Shown here one piece after another: positions 47,390-61,011 of a stretch of 64,000 nucleotides of DNA. Made by a program: the position numbers and the translations under genes. Origin of the DNA: Chrysemys picta bellii (Eukaryota); NCBI RefSeq assembly GCF_011386835.1, contig NC_088791.1, positions 255,378,001 through 255,442,000 of the forward strand, in the 5' to 3' direction. The notes beneath the pieces are model-generated. The model did no database searches and was not told the origin of the DNA. It saw nothing but the letters and a program-made list of their open reading frames with translations. Each line of letters starts with the position of its first letter. The stretch's first letter is position 1.

Positions 47390-50180
47390 ATTAGGCAGAG
47401 TGATTTAGTCTTAAGTGGCACACCGGATCTGGTCCAAGAAGTGAATATAACTGAACCACTCAGTAATGGCGACCATAATGTGATTAAATTAAATCCTCGT
47501 GGGGGGAAAATATCAAAGAAACCCCGCACAGTAGCATTTAACTTCAAAAAGGGGAACTACACAAAAATGAGGCGACTAGTTACATGAAAATTAAAAGGAA
47601 CACTCACAAGGGTGAAATGCCTGCAACCTGCATGGAAACTTTTTAAACACACTTTTATAGAGGCTCAAACTAGATGTAAACCCCAAATTAAATAAACCCA
47701 AAACACTAAGAGGACCAAAAGAACACCACAATGGCTAAACAGAGTAAAAGAGGCAGTTAGAGACAAAAATGCATCCTTTCAAAATTGGAAGTCAAATCCC
47801 AATGAGGAAAATAAAAAGGAGCATAAATTCTGGCAAGTCAAGTATAAAAGTATAGTTAGGCAGGCCAAAAAAGAATTTGAAGAGCAGCTAGCAAAAACTA
47901 ACAGCAAAAAAACTTTTAAAGTATATCAGAAGCAGGAAGCCTGCCAAACAATCAGTAGGGTCACTGGATGATTGGGGTGCTAAGGGAGCACTCTTGGAAG
48001 ACAAGGCCTCTGCAGAGAAGCTAAATGAATTCTTTGCATTGGTCTTCACTGCAGAGGATGTGAGAGGGATTCCCACACCTGAGTCATTCTTTTTAGGTGA
48101 CAAATCTGAGGAACTGTCCCAGATTGAGGTGTTGATAGAGGAGGTTTTGGAACAAACTGATAAATTAAACAGTAATAAGTTACCGGGACCAGATGGTATT
48201 CACTCAAGAGTTCTGAAGGAACTCAAATATGAAATTGCAGAACTACTAACCTATGGTATGTAACCTATCACTTAAATCACCCTCTGTATCAGATGACTGG
48301 AGGATATCCAATGTGACACTGATTTCTTTAAAAAAAAAAAACACTCCAGAGGCAATCCTGGCAATTTCAGGCTGGTAATTACCAGGCAAATTGATTGAAA
48401 CTATAAGTAAAGAACAGTATTATCAGACACACAGATAAACACGATATGCAGGGGAAGAGTCAACACAGATTCTCTAAAGGGAAATCATGCCTCACCAATC
48501 TATTAGAATTCTTTGAAGGTGTCAACAAACACGTGGACAAGGATGATCCAGTGGATATAGTGTACCCAGACTTTCACAAAGCCTTTGACAACATCCTGCA
48601 CCAGCGGTTCTCAAACTGTGGGTCGGGACCCCAAAGTGGGTCACAACACACTTTTAATGGGGTTGCCAGGGCTGGCCTTAAACTTGTTGGGACCAGGGGC
48701 CAAAGCCTGAGCCCAAACCTGAGCTCTGGGTGGCAGGGTTCAGGCTTTGGCTTCAGACCTAGGTAGCATGGCTCAGGTTACAGACACACACACCCTCCAC
48801 CCCCCGCCCAGGGCTGAAGCCCTTGGGCTTCGACTTTGATCCCCCTCCGGCCCGGCATAGTGGGGCTTGGGTGGGCTCAGGCTTTGATTTCCCCTCCTGG
48901 GGCCATGTAATCCTTTTTATTGTCAGAGGGGGGTCGCAATACAATCAAGTTAGAGCACCACTGTCCTACACCAAAGGCTTTTAAGCAAAGTAAGGAGTCA
49001 TGGGGTAAGAGGAAAGGTCCTCTCATGGATCAGTAACCGGTTAAAAGTCAGGAAACAAAGGATAGGAATACATGGTCAGTTTTCACACTGGAGAGAGATA
49101 AATAGCAGGGCTTCCAGGGATCTGTACTGGGACCTTTGTAATTCAACATATTCATAAATGATTTGGAAAAAGGGGTAAACATCAAGGTGGCAAAGTATCC
49201 ACACATACAAAATTACTCCGCTAAATCCAAAACAGACTGCAAAGATTTACAAAGGGATCTCACGAAACTGGTTGACTGGGAAACAAAATGGCAGATGAAA
49301 TTGAGCATTGATAAATGCAAAGTAATGCACATTGGAAAATATAATCCCAACTGTACACACAAAATGATGAGGTTTAAATTAGCTGTTACCACTCAAGAAA
49401 GATCCTGGCGTCATTGTGGATAGTTCTCTGAAATCATCTGGTCAATGTGCAGCATGTTAGGAACCATCAGGAAGGGGATAGATAATAAAACAGATAATAT
49501 CATAACGCCACTATATAAATCCATGGTATGCCCAAATCTTGAATACTACACGCAATTCTGGTTGGCCCATCTCAAAAAAGATACATGAGAATTGGATGTA
49601 CAGAGAAGGTTGGGGGGAGAATTTGGGGTATGGAACAGCTTTCATGTGAGGAGAGGTTAAAGAGACTGGGACTGTACATCTTGGAAAAGAGACGACTAAG
49701 GGGGCATATGATAGAGGTCTATAAAATCATGACGGGTGTGGAGAAAGTAAGAGTTATTTACCCATTCACATAATACAAGGACTAGGGGTCACCCAATGAA
49801 ATTAATAGCCTGCAGGTTTAAAAACAAACAAAAGAAAATACTTCTTCACACAACACACAGCCAGCCTATGGAACTCGTTGCCAGGGATGTTGTGAAGGCC
49901 AAAAGTATAACTGGGTTCAAAAAAGAATTAGATGAGTTCATGGAGGGCAGGTCCATCAATGATTACTAGCCAAGATGGTAAGCGATGCAACCTTATGCTC
50001 TGGGTGTCCCTAAACCTCTGATTGCTAGAAGCTGGGACTGGATGACGGGATGAATCAGTCAATAAAATTGTGCCTCTGCTCACTTCCTCTGAAGCATCAG
50101 GCACTGGCCACTGTCAGAAGCCAGGATATCGGGCTACCTGGACCATTGGTCTGACCCAGCATGGCCATTCTTGTGTTCTT
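47390..50180 (+). mobile_element. 5'-truncated CR1 LINE (turtle PsCR1-like), ORF2 disrupted
   Basis: Endonuclease end DLVLSG...EPLSNGDHNVI; EKLNEFFALVFT; KLPGPDGIHSRVLKELK; SQHRFSKGKSCLTNLLEFFE; DFHKAFD; IDKCKVMHIG; EERLKRLGL..LEKRRLRG; 3' tail ggccattcttgtgttctt. Many frameshifts and stops. Confidence 0.95.
48602..48963. mobile_element. hAT MITE (362 bp) inserted in the CR1 RT domain
   Basis: TIRs cagcggttctcaaact / agttagagcaccactg; TSD tcctgcac / tcctacac; the CR1 resumes (caaaggc) after the TSD. Confidence 0.9.
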
Positions 50181-50883
50181 GGTGATCTTGCCAGCCGATA
50201 AGATACCTGAACTGTCCCTGCAGTCAGCTGGGAGTCCTTTCTGCAATTCATAGCTCATGTTTAGCATGAAGATGGAAGTTTACTGCCCATGAGGCAAATT
50301 TCAAAACACTTTTGTGTATTCCTTTGCATCCAGCCTTTGCAGCCTTAGGGACTGTGAGATAAGTGAAGTGTATTAGGCCAGATACTAACTGATTAAGGCT
50401 TTCTAAAGTATTTTGTATTACAGCATTACTGAGTTATTAAAAGAATATAATCTGTAGATTTTTTTAAACACTCTTTGGAAAAAAATGTAGTCTGAAATTA
50501 TTGTTGTGACTGTTCTTGAGACAGAAACCTCAGGCAGGCTTTTCCTATGAGACAAGCCTTTGCGTCCTGGCCTGTGAAATAACAAGTCTGAGTCTGCCCC
50601 CAGTTGCCATGGAATTAGAAAATCCTCACAGTGAGTGGAGGTGAACAAAGGTGTATTTAGAATACCTTTTCCAGTCAAGAGTTGGTAATCCATTTCACCA
50701 TATAAATAAAAAATATGGATTGACTATTTCCTGTAAAGTGACTCCAAAGGAAATGATGTCCCACTGACAGGTTTGGTAAGTTTCAATAGAACAACTTTAG
50801 AGCAGAAATTTCTTAAATTAAAGAGTTTGCTAAAGTTCTTAATAAGCACTGTCACATTAGATTGGAGCAATTACTACCTAAAC

Positions 50884-51069
50884 CAGCAGTGGGCAACCTG
50901 CGGCCTGCACGCAGACTGTCAGGGTAATCTGATGGTGGGCGGCGAGACAGCCACTGAGAACTACGGTGGCCGTGCCTGCGGATGGTCAATGTAAACAAAC
51001 TGTCTCCCTGCCAGCAGATTACTGTGACGGGCTGCGTGAGGCCCAGAGGCCACAGAATGCCCATCGCTG
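50884..51069. mobile_element. hAT MITE (186 bp)
   Basis: TIRs cagcagtgggca / tgcccatcgctg; perfect TSD acctaaac (50876-50883, 51070-51077). Confidence 0.9.
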
Positions 51070-51288
51070 ACCTAAACTGTCAAGTCTGGTTCTGCCACCA
51101 TTTGCCAAAAGGTCTTTGAAACAGAGTACAGTATCACAGAATGATCAAGAACCTTAAAAAAAAAAAAAAAAAACCAGCCTGTAAAACCAAATGAAGAAAA
51201 AACCCACAGATAATAAAAATATAATATTTACATTCCATTTCCAGAGTTGCCAAATTACTTCTACAAAAGATGAGATCTATTCAAACTA

Positions 51289-51476
51289 CATCGCTACCTC
51301 GATATAACGCGACCCGATATAATACGAATTCGGATATAACGCAGTAAAGCAGTGCTCCGGGGGGGTAGGGCTGTGCACTCTGGTGGATCAAAGCAAGTTC
51401 AATATAACGTAGTTTCACCTATAACGCGGTAAGATTTTTTGGCTCCCGAGGACAGCGTTATATCGAGGTAGAGGTG
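51289..51476. mobile_element. Tc1/mariner MITE (188 bp), short relative of 42268-43371
   Basis: TIR catcgctacctcgatataacgc / gcgttatatcgaggtagaggtg, TA flanks, shared subterminal caaagcaagttc..tataacg and ttttggctcccgaggac. Confidence 0.9.
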
Positions 51477-52342
51477 TATTAGGAAAAGGTTCTTTAGTTT
51501 TGGGGGTCTGCGAGCAAAATTAAGATTCCTTGTTACTCTTAAAACTGAACTCTCGTATTCCAACATGGGGGAAACAACTCTGCCAATTTTTCATGGCTCG
51601 CTAGCTAAGGATAACGTTAACATATCAGTAAAAGGGAAATAGGTGACTGTGGTGGCATTCCTACAGTATTGAAGCTCAAGGTTATCTAAACCTGTGGATT
51701 TGTTTATATTGTATATATATGTTTATAAAGGTGTAACTAGAGAGAGGAAGACAGTGCCAAATTATGATTCATACTGCTTGAGGCTACATTTGAACATGAC
51801 AGCTATTAAGGCTGGCTTTAAAGTACAATATTTGTCCATATTCTTGTATTTAAGACCAAATAAATGTATCATGATAGATCAGATTACCATGCATTGCAGA
51901 AGAAAGAGGTACATACACTACTCACTCCTGCATAACTCAGGATCAGGTTTTAGACCTATATCCAAAACGATTCTGTCTGAATGTTTATATTAATAATATA
52001 CAGAGAACAACTGAAAATTTTGTTTTTTCCACTGTCTAATTTAACTGTGGGGAGGTTTTGCTCACTTTCAAAGGGAAGAGACACTCCATTTTTTAAAAGA
52101 CAAAAGTATAGGAGCACTCTGAGAAGAATCAGTGTATACTACTAGCTCACATTCAACACTGCTTAGTTGTAAAGGTTTGTTTGCTTGTTTTTGTGGCGGG
52201 TTTTGTTACAAAACAAATGTTTCCTAGCTGATCGCCCCTAATTCAAATTACTTGTTAGAACAATTTACAAAATTCCATAAACTGCTCATTCACTAATGGC
52301 TGTCTGATACCAAACACTGACCCTTATGCAAGCTGTCTCAAA

Positions 52343-52850
52343 TGCACAAAGGGACTAAGGTGCCTAAGCCCTAGATTTAGGCACCTAAATAGCAGATTTG
52401 AGCATTACTGTGATCCACAAAAACCCTGCTCAACTGCTGCCTAACCCTGGAGGCACTTAAACTCAGCTGGTGCTTACATTTCTGCAGGTACCTATGTTTC
52501 TGCCCCTGGGCATATGCACTGCTGCTTCCCTCAGGGTGCCTGGGTATCTCTGTCACACTTAAGCCCCAACGTAATGATCAAACCAAGTGGAGACAAGGGT
52601 GGAGGGAATCCTTTCTTGGGACCTGGTCTGGTAGGTGTGCTCAGAGCATGCCCACTGCCATATAAAAAAGCCAGGAGGAAGAGGAGGCCTGCCTTATAAC
52701 CTTCAGCCCAGTGGCTTGGGTCTCAGCCAGGATGTGGAAGACCCTAGTTCAATACCTCCCCCACACACACGCCTGGTGAGGAGCAGGAATTTAAATGGGG
52801 GTCTTCTGAGCATTGAAACACCTACCTCCTTTTCTAGATCTGGGCACACA
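52343..52850. mobile_element. Turtle-type non-autonomous repeat with taggcacctaa motifs and a tRNA-like segment
   Basis: Repeated ggtgcctaa/taggcacctaa; cagcccagtggcttgg...ggatgtggaagaccctagttcaatacc (A-box and B-box-like). Confidence 0.5.
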
Positions 52851-53571
52851 AACAGTCCCAGTCATTGAAATCATACAGCTGAAGCCACTGTTACTATTTG
52901 TGTGGGTAAGGATTCACATGAGGGTTGCAATATCAGACAATTCAATAGTATATACACAAACATATTAAATGCATATACAGGAAGTTATGTCACGATTATG
53001 AATTGAATACTGTCTTCCTCAACCACAAATTACAGATAGAATCTAAAAGTATTTCCATTATCAAAATCATTTGTAAGGTCTCCCTCTGATAAGCCTTAAA
53101 CATTCCATCTGGGTTGGCACTTTCTTATATAAAACATTTCTCCAGAGAGGTGGAAATTAGTCAAGGGAAAGTGAGGAAAGAAAGTCCATTTGTTTATTGT
53201 ATTACTGAGAACTTGTCTATATGAACAATTCGTTTGCAGCAAGCTAGAGTGTGAATCTGCCCCACACTAGTCAACTGTGGACTAGATCAAAGTACATTAA
53301 TGAACTGTTAATGTGCGTGAGTAGGGTCCACATGGACAATTAGTCCACGGCAGACTAAAGCTGTTGTAAATCAGCATAGCTCCATTGAAGTCGATGGAGC
53401 GCTCTCAATTTATACAAGCTGAGGATATGTCCTAGGAAGTTTAGCATTCATTACATTTGCCAAAGTAAGTAGAAAGAACTACTGGAAAATGAATTGCAAT
53501 TATGAAAGTGGCAATAGGATGAGCGTGTCTTGTATACAGTTCTAGCATTTTTGGAATTGTCAGATCTGTTC

Positions 53572-53637
53572 ATGAAAGCTTATGCTCAAATAAATTTGTT
53601 AGTCTCTAAGGTGCCACAAGTTCTCCTGTTCTTTTTA
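53572..53637 (-). mobile_element. Penelope pLTR fragment (66 bp)
   Basis: tgaaagcttatgctcaaataaatttgttagtctctaaggtgccacaagttctcctgttcttttt; 11-bp direct repeat cagatctgttc at 53561-53571 and 53638-53648. Confidence 0.8.
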
Positions 53638-54099
53638 CAGATCTGTTCTATGTTATACTGTATTTGCCGTTCTGTAACTGGTTCTTTTACCTGAAGCTTC
53701 TTTCACAGGGTACGTACTATTCTGCTTTTTCATAATTTGCTTATATTTTTACAGAGTTCAACTCTAAAGAAGTCAGTTGGAGTGAAACTTTAATTCATCC
53801 ATGAATCACTCCCTTGCTCTCAGCAAATATCTGCACAAGCCACTGGCAAAGTGTCTCATTCTCCTCTAGAGCTGATCCACATAGAGTATAATTATCTACT
53901 ACTGCAATGAGTTATTCAATTAGCTCAAGTGGCAGAGGTCTGTGCGGGTGGATCTAAAGGTTCTAACCCTATTGATGATCCATATGGGTGTCAATATGAT
54001 GCCACATGATAGAGTTTCTGGGAGGGTTTCAGATTGCTTTATAAAATCTCGGCAAATATACACAAAAAACTAATAGAAACAATATTTTTAAGTTGAAAA

Positions 54100-55125
54100 A
54101 TAAAACTCAAAAATTAGGAAATGCCATAATTAAGATGTTTGTGCAACCATAATTCGGCCCCCTTCTATGCATGCATTATGATACTCTCTTTAATTACATG
54201 ACCACATATTTTCTCCACTGGACCCCTGCCCATTCAGTGTACAAAATGGAGATCCTCACTTATGAGCAGCTATGCAATATTTTGTTGTCTTCTCAGTGTT
54301 CAATGTGTGGCCACACACCTTATTTACTGAACACTATTCAAACCCTGTTCTGAAGACACAATTATTAATTTCTTCATGGGCTTTTTATGGCACTCATCAC
54401 TATTGTATCTGAGTGCTTCATAAACACTAATTTATTTTACAACACTCCTGTGGAATGAAGGGATATTAATGCCCACATTTTAGAGAAGGGGAACTAACCC
54501 ACAAAAAGATTAAGGTCAGAAGTATTCAATCATTTTGGATGCCAAACCTGAGACACCCAGCACCTGATTTTTCACATTACTTAGCATTGAATAGCACTTT
54601 ATATGATAAAAGAACAGATCTCATTGACTTGAATTGCAGCTATGAGTGCTCAGTGCTTCTGCAAATCAGACCTCAGGGTCTCAAGTCAAGCACCAGAAAA
54701 ATGAGGAATAAACAATTAGTGACCACCTGTAAAACAAACAGGTTTAAGTGACTCATCTAGCATCTCACAGAAAATCTGTAGCAGAGGCAGGGATATAATC
54801 CAATTTTCCAGGGAAGCATTCAACTGCTGTAACCATAAAACCATCCTTTTTTCTTCCTGCAATCTCCTGTCTCATTCACTACACACCTGCCAACTTCTGG
54901 AATAAATGAAGTAGTGAGCCAACAGACAACATTCTCCTTCTCTGCACAACCCTGATTCATCCCCACAGGTCCACTTTGTGCACTGAATGAGACAGGGGAT
55001 CTGTGAAAAAAATATTATCATGTAATCCAGACCATATCACAATGCATACACACAAGTGGGATGAATTCAGGTTGGGCAGGCACAACTTTAAATCTGACAT
55101 TTCCTAACTTCTGAATGCTTCACTT
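54100..55125. repeat. Long imperfect inverted repeat (foldback DNA element), arms about 54100-54250 and 54965-55125
   Basis: attacatgaccacatattttctccactggacccctgcccattcagtgtacaaaatgga is the reverse complement of tccactttgtgcactgaatgagacaggggatctgtgaaaaaatattatcatgtaat; the similarity continues outward. Confidence 0.65.
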
Positions 55126-58100
55126 TGCAACCTTAATAATGGTCTTTTAACAGTTTTTTGTGTCTACTATTCTATAAAATACTACATACATTTAGAATTG
55201 TGGAGGTATAATTCCATTTCATCTTTCCGGTGACTACATAAACCATTTGTGATTTGGCCCGGTGGTTAGCATACTTTCACCAGGAGTCCTGACACTGAAA
55301 TATCATTCCATAATCTGTTTGATATTCTATATATGAATCACATACAGTGACCCAGGTCAGTTTTGCTATTTTAGACAAATATTTCCCTTTGCTTGTATGT
55401 CTAGCAAATTCACTCTCCTCCTTCAACCCACTCCACAAAAATCACTTATTTTAGCTAGATTTACTCAGGCACTTCCCATTGCTACTCTCCAGTCTGACTA
55501 TGACTAAAGTTTAAAAACAGTTTAAAATAATGTAATCATCAAGAACCTAGAATTGTTCTCCCAACATTACAGCCCTGTGTACTGCCACATTCTACCCTCC
55601 AATGAGTCAATATTTATTTACAGCAAATACAACATCACCACACTACAATGTCAGTGCTGCACAGCAGGTACCTTGGTTTCCTGGTATGGGAGATACACTC
55701 TCACACCATACTGCCACAGATTTGATCCACCGGTCATTGAGAAACACTGCTCTTGGGGAATATCCTGATAGCTGATTATGTCACTGGCAAAAGCAGCAAA
55801 ATGGGGATGGGAGTAGGCTGAGAATCTGACCCCTTTTCTTAGGTATTATACTTAGGATGTATCTAACTATCATCTACTGAATAATTATAGATTAATTCAA
55901 ACATTTACCACCCAGAGTATTTGCAATATTTCTCATTTTAAGATAGGGAATGCTGTAATAAAGGTAAATATAGCTGTAGAGAAAATGCTCTTTTTTGGCA
56001 GCAATTGTACTTAAATAATAAATATGATTACTCTTTACTGATGAATCCCATAACTGATAGTCCTTCATCTTTATTTTCATCCTGTTACAAAAAGTGTTTC
56101 CTGTTTTATTAATACATTCTGTTTGCATTAATATCTTTCTTCAGTGAGCTTAATAGTCAGACATATAGCCGTCCTACTAGTCTGGTATAGCAAGATCTAT
56201 TAAACAGATCTCTGACTTCTACCAATAGCCAACATTGATACAGAATGAACTCTCATGAACAAAGCTATGTTTTCTTAATAGTAACAGTTGTATAAACATA
56301 AGGTCTTCTCAGTTAAAGGGAAACCAACATCAAAAAGCAGTAAAACATGGAATCCTAAACCCCTCTTTCTTTGAAGAAACACGTTTGAAGAGAGGTGTTT
56401 CTAGTTATGGGTGAATGAAATGAGAATTCAGCTGCAACAAATGGACATCCAGTTCTATGAAAGACTAATTAGATCCATCTGAGAAGCTGTGTCTAAAACT
56501 GCTTCACATATTTCAAAGGAAAGCTCTAGTCTGTCTTTTGAGAAGACTACATCAAAACATTTAGTCACAGCTGACGCACATCTAGCCATTACAACAGCAT
56601 TATTTTTATCAACCATGAAAACTACATTAAAGTAATGTTAATAGTCTTCCTTACATTAAAAAAGCAAGGAAATTTAGAGCTAAGAAAACAACTCTAGGCT
56701 GAAATTACCCTACACTTCTCTCCCCCCACTCCACTCCCTCCCCCCCCCCCCCCATGTGCCTAGGAGTCAGAGATCCCGGACCTGAAGTGTGATGCTGCAT
56801 ATCAAATGTGCTCTTATATACTGAGACAACAGAATTAAAGTTGAAGCTTCAGCCAGGAGTTGCAGAGTTAATGCTGCTTTTGTGGATTTAAGCCAGGCTC
56901 TTAGTTTCGCCTGTAACTGCTGCTGCTGCTAAACCAGCAGGAGGAGCTCACAACATTTTTCATCTATTCATTTTACAAATCATGGGCTCTTTTTTAAAAT
57001 AGTCTTGGGTATGATTCTGTCATGAAAAGAGAAACCAAGAAATATTTTACTTATGATTTGTTTTAGGAATCCTTAATTAATTATGTATGCTTTTTAATAC
57101 AGAATCATAGTTGTACATGGTACATAAATAAATAAAAAAGACAATGCCTTGGCCCACAAGGAGTTTACAATCTAATAACAAAAGACCATGAAAGGGAAAG
57201 GAAGAGGGTGGAGAGACAAACATTGCTCTACCAAAAGATAGGATTTCTGAAGAAAACAAATGGTATGTTATAGTTTCACATGTATTTTATTTAGATTTTA
57301 CTTTACTTTTAATAATTTAAACACCTGTCATTATGGGTTGTAAACCATATAGAATAGAGTTAATAGTACCTGTTATATCATAGAAACTCACCCTACAAGC
57401 CACCAAGATGGTAACTAAGTATATCAGCAGTAGCCAGCTTTCATTGGCTAAAAACTGACAATTGGTAAGCTTATTCAACCTTATAAAATACTATGCTTCC
57501 AAATTTCATTAAAAAAGTTGATTCTAAGTTATGAAAGGAAAATAAGTGCCCCAAACTGAAATATTCTCTATATTGCTAAAGTATAAGCCATTCTAACATT
57601 TTTCAGACCTTTTTTCCCGTGTCTTTGTTGTCCTTATTTTTAAACTTGTTCACAGGATGAGAGCTTGTGTGCCAGACTTTAGCTCACAGCAAGTTTTACA
57701 GCAGAGTTACAACTCCTTGAAAAATAGGATTTATTGTAGAACTACAGTAATCATTGTTACAAAACTACTCTAAAATGGAGAACAAAATCTGTTACCAAAA
57801 ATTATCAGATACACTAACACATTTTTCTTGATTATCAACATTAACAGGTATTTCTTCTCATCCATTTATAAGGTATATAACTAGTAGAGCAAATGTAAAT
57901 AAGCGTGTATGGACAAACATCATCTACATAATAAAAATGTATGTCTTGTACCCAATGCCTTAATGTACCAATTTTACAAACTGGCATGTTGTTTAAAACA
58001 ACCATGTAGCTCACGTACATAATAGCAAAACAGCACCTGATGCCCAAAGAAAGTCAGTATATAGAATATAAGACGTGTTCTTTATATAAAATATTCTTCC

Positions 58101-58929
58101 TTAAAATGCTGTATAAGAAGTTAATTCTGATGTTTTTACTCCTCACTAGGGAAAAAAAGGAACTTGCTTCAGGAAAGGAAAAAAATAATCTGATACCAAT
58201 ATTTAACATGTTTTATTGCCTTATTGAGGAATACTCTAGAGGCATTGTTTAAAGACAAAGTAGAATAAGTACAGATTTTTTCCAAAACTGGACATGTATA
58301 GATTGGTCCAGAACAATCAGAAGCAACTGCTAAAGTGGAAGTCATGTTTAACAAATTCTAACTACATTACGGTGACAGAGTCTTGCTGATGGTGAACAAA
58401 TAGTCTTATTGCCTTTCTTGAAATACTCAATATACTAAAAGAATTAAGTATATAGCTGTGGTGCTAATGGTACAATTCTGAGATGCACTTGAGCAACCAG
58501 TACTGAGAGGAGTGGGAAATGGTACTAGGATCAGCCTTAAGTTTGTCTTATTTACACCACAAATGGATGACAAAGAAGAAGGAAAATTAAGAAAGCATTA
58601 AAATAGTTCAAAATATTGAAAGCTGGATGTTCAGAAGGTCAAAAGAGAAATTCTAGAGAAATTAGAGGGGAAAAAACATGACAACAGTTCCCTCCCCCAC
58701 AAAATGCCACCCCTTCTTCAAACTCTGTCCCTCCATAAACAAAACGGTGGAGAGCAGATAAGAATAACCTCTGCTTACATTGACTTCAATGAAATTCAAT
58801 TTCATTCTTTTTAATTCCATCCCTCCTTTAAGCCATCCCCAAATGGCTGCAGGTGGGGGTAAGCAAACAGCTATATAAGAAAGCAGTATAACAAAAGATC
58901 CTCATAGCTATTACACAAAGGGCATCCAA

Positions 58930-59200
58930 GAACATTGCGCTTCCAAGCTGAGCCACTGTGCATAATTTTGGACACAATATATAACAAGAATGCTGTTGAA
59001 GCAATGTACGAGGTACATAAGACCACAATGAATTTGTTACTAGATAACAGGTTTTATTGTGTGGTGAAAAGTAAAGTTAGGCTTGTACCCATTAGAAAAA
59101 CAAGGAGAATTAAGGATAGGATTGAAATGTATACAATTCAAGAAGGTGGAGAGAACTCAAGAGGACATCAGATTTTTTAAAAAGTTAAGATAAAGTTTAG
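58930..59200 (+). mobile_element. Old CR1 ORF2 C-terminal remnant
   Basis: LSHCA*FW...; KVRLVPIRKTRRIKDRIEMYTI...NSRGHQ, compared with CR1 LEYCVQFW...LGLFSLEKRRLRGDLIEVYKI...TRGH. Confidence 0.55.
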
Positions 59201-61011
59201 TGGGCCATTTCCGAACACAACAGATTTTTTTATGTGGGATGGAACTTTTACAAATTACTAAAGATAAAATAAATAAATACACAAACTTTGCAATCTTATA
59301 TACATACAAAAAAGGAGTCAGGTACTTTCAAGAAAAAACTCCTACAAACATTATACAGGCAGAAGACCAGGATGGTCAATTTTCATGCCAACAGAGGTGC
59401 ATGACTGTTCAAGTAAATTATCAACGTTTTGTAAAATTCAGGGAAAGTTTTTCTCCTTACAGTTGTAAACTGATCAGTTCTCCCTTGTGAAATGTACCTG
59501 ACCCCTTCTATTTGTGCCCTCAAATGTGCTGTTTCCCTTCATTCAAACTAACAAAGAACTCTGTAATCAAAAAGAAAATTAGTGACAGGCAAAAACTTAT
59601 TTTTATGTAAAGAACATATGTTAATTACCTTAAATTAACATTTTTTCCTTAAAATTATTTTTTAACCCTTACAGATTTTTGCCTATCACACCTACTGGTA
59701 CTGCCCTAACATTTTGCCATTGTGCCCTATTCACTGTGTATTACTATACGACTAATGCACACCTACCACATTGGCATTAATTATAAATTATATTATTAAT
59801 AATAATACAGTCTAATTTCTTTTTATTTATTCTCTTAAATTAAATAATTTATTTTATAGCAGTGATGGGCAAACTGCAGCCCGTGGGCTCCACTGTTTTA
59901 GAGAGACAGGTCTGGGAAACCTGTTACATATTTACGTAAATAGGAGATGGACATGGAGGAAGCCATTTGTTATCTGAATATTTTACTGCACATATACTTG
60001 TATTTAATATATTACATGTGGACTGGGGTACATTTAACTAGTTTATGTATAATTTACCTTTTATATTATACTATACCATTTTTTCATTTTTATAATAAAT
60101 ATTTTACAAATTTTGTAACAGTTGATATGATTTTTGGTAATTTTCAAGTATTTTTTCTTTCCTTCTTAAAGGATATTTTAAACAAAGGAAATATTTTCAA
60201 AATAATTTAAAAATCAATTATATCCCTTAGTAACTGGATTTGCAGCAAATGAACATAGAATTACATCATGCTTTTAATTAATTACATTTTTAAATTGAAA
60301 CTTAACCATAATTAGTTACACATGCATACATTAACTAAATTCAGGCATACAGCTACTTAATTACAGTATATTGACAATATAGGATATAGTCAATTAATGA
60401 CAACAGCACGTTGTCTACAGAATTGTATATTTTAATAATGACCATGCCTCTAGTTCACAAGACCAAATTCATCCACTTATTTTTATGCTCTCAATTAGGT
60501 CCACAGTAATAGCTTTGCTCTTGAAAATGTTAATGTGCATGCAAATGCAACTGTCCACCCAACTAGACATGTAACACATGAACATCTTGTTGAAAGATGT
60601 AAGCTGTTCCTCCTAAAAAACCATGCATTTAACATATTCATTAATAAATCTGTCATTGTGCTGAACAAGTCCACCTACTTCCCACAGATATTCATTTCTA
60701 TATCAATTTGCTTTTCTTAAATGTAGGAAATCATACAATACAATGGAAAAATGTTAGCCTATTTTAACAGTGATCGAAAAAGTAATCTGAACTGCTGTTA
60801 GCCATTTTATTGAGTGTTTTGATTTACACAGCTCCCCACTGCAAATAGATCAAGTTTCCATTTGCTAGAAGTGACTCCCAAACTACTTCACCTTGTTCAT
60901 GCCACTTTGTTTTATAGCTTACATTCGACAGAACTACAGTGATAAGAAGCTACTCTGTAAATGAAAACATCTGGAAATTCTGTCAACTAAATGGAGAAGG
61001 TGACGTTAATT

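Noticed and set aside
47249-49773. RT/endonuclease ORF pieces as an active gene
   Set aside because: CR1 ORF2 is 5'-truncated, frameshifted and interrupted by a MITE.
53572-53590. GAAAGCTTATGC as a second intact hammerhead
   Set aside because: Only the 3' half is present; CUGAnGA and stem II are missing, and it is antisense to PCCA.
58169-58354. Minus-strand ORF with TLAVASDCSGPIYT, loosely like exon 19 HTVVASNNGSVFS
   Set aside because: No phase-0 GT donor after the motif, an in-frame stop from the nearest acceptor, and no WELSVKL upstream.
59868-59895. cagtgatgggcaaactgcagcccgtggg, a hAT-like left end
   Set aside because: No matching right TIR or TSD found; too short to define an element.
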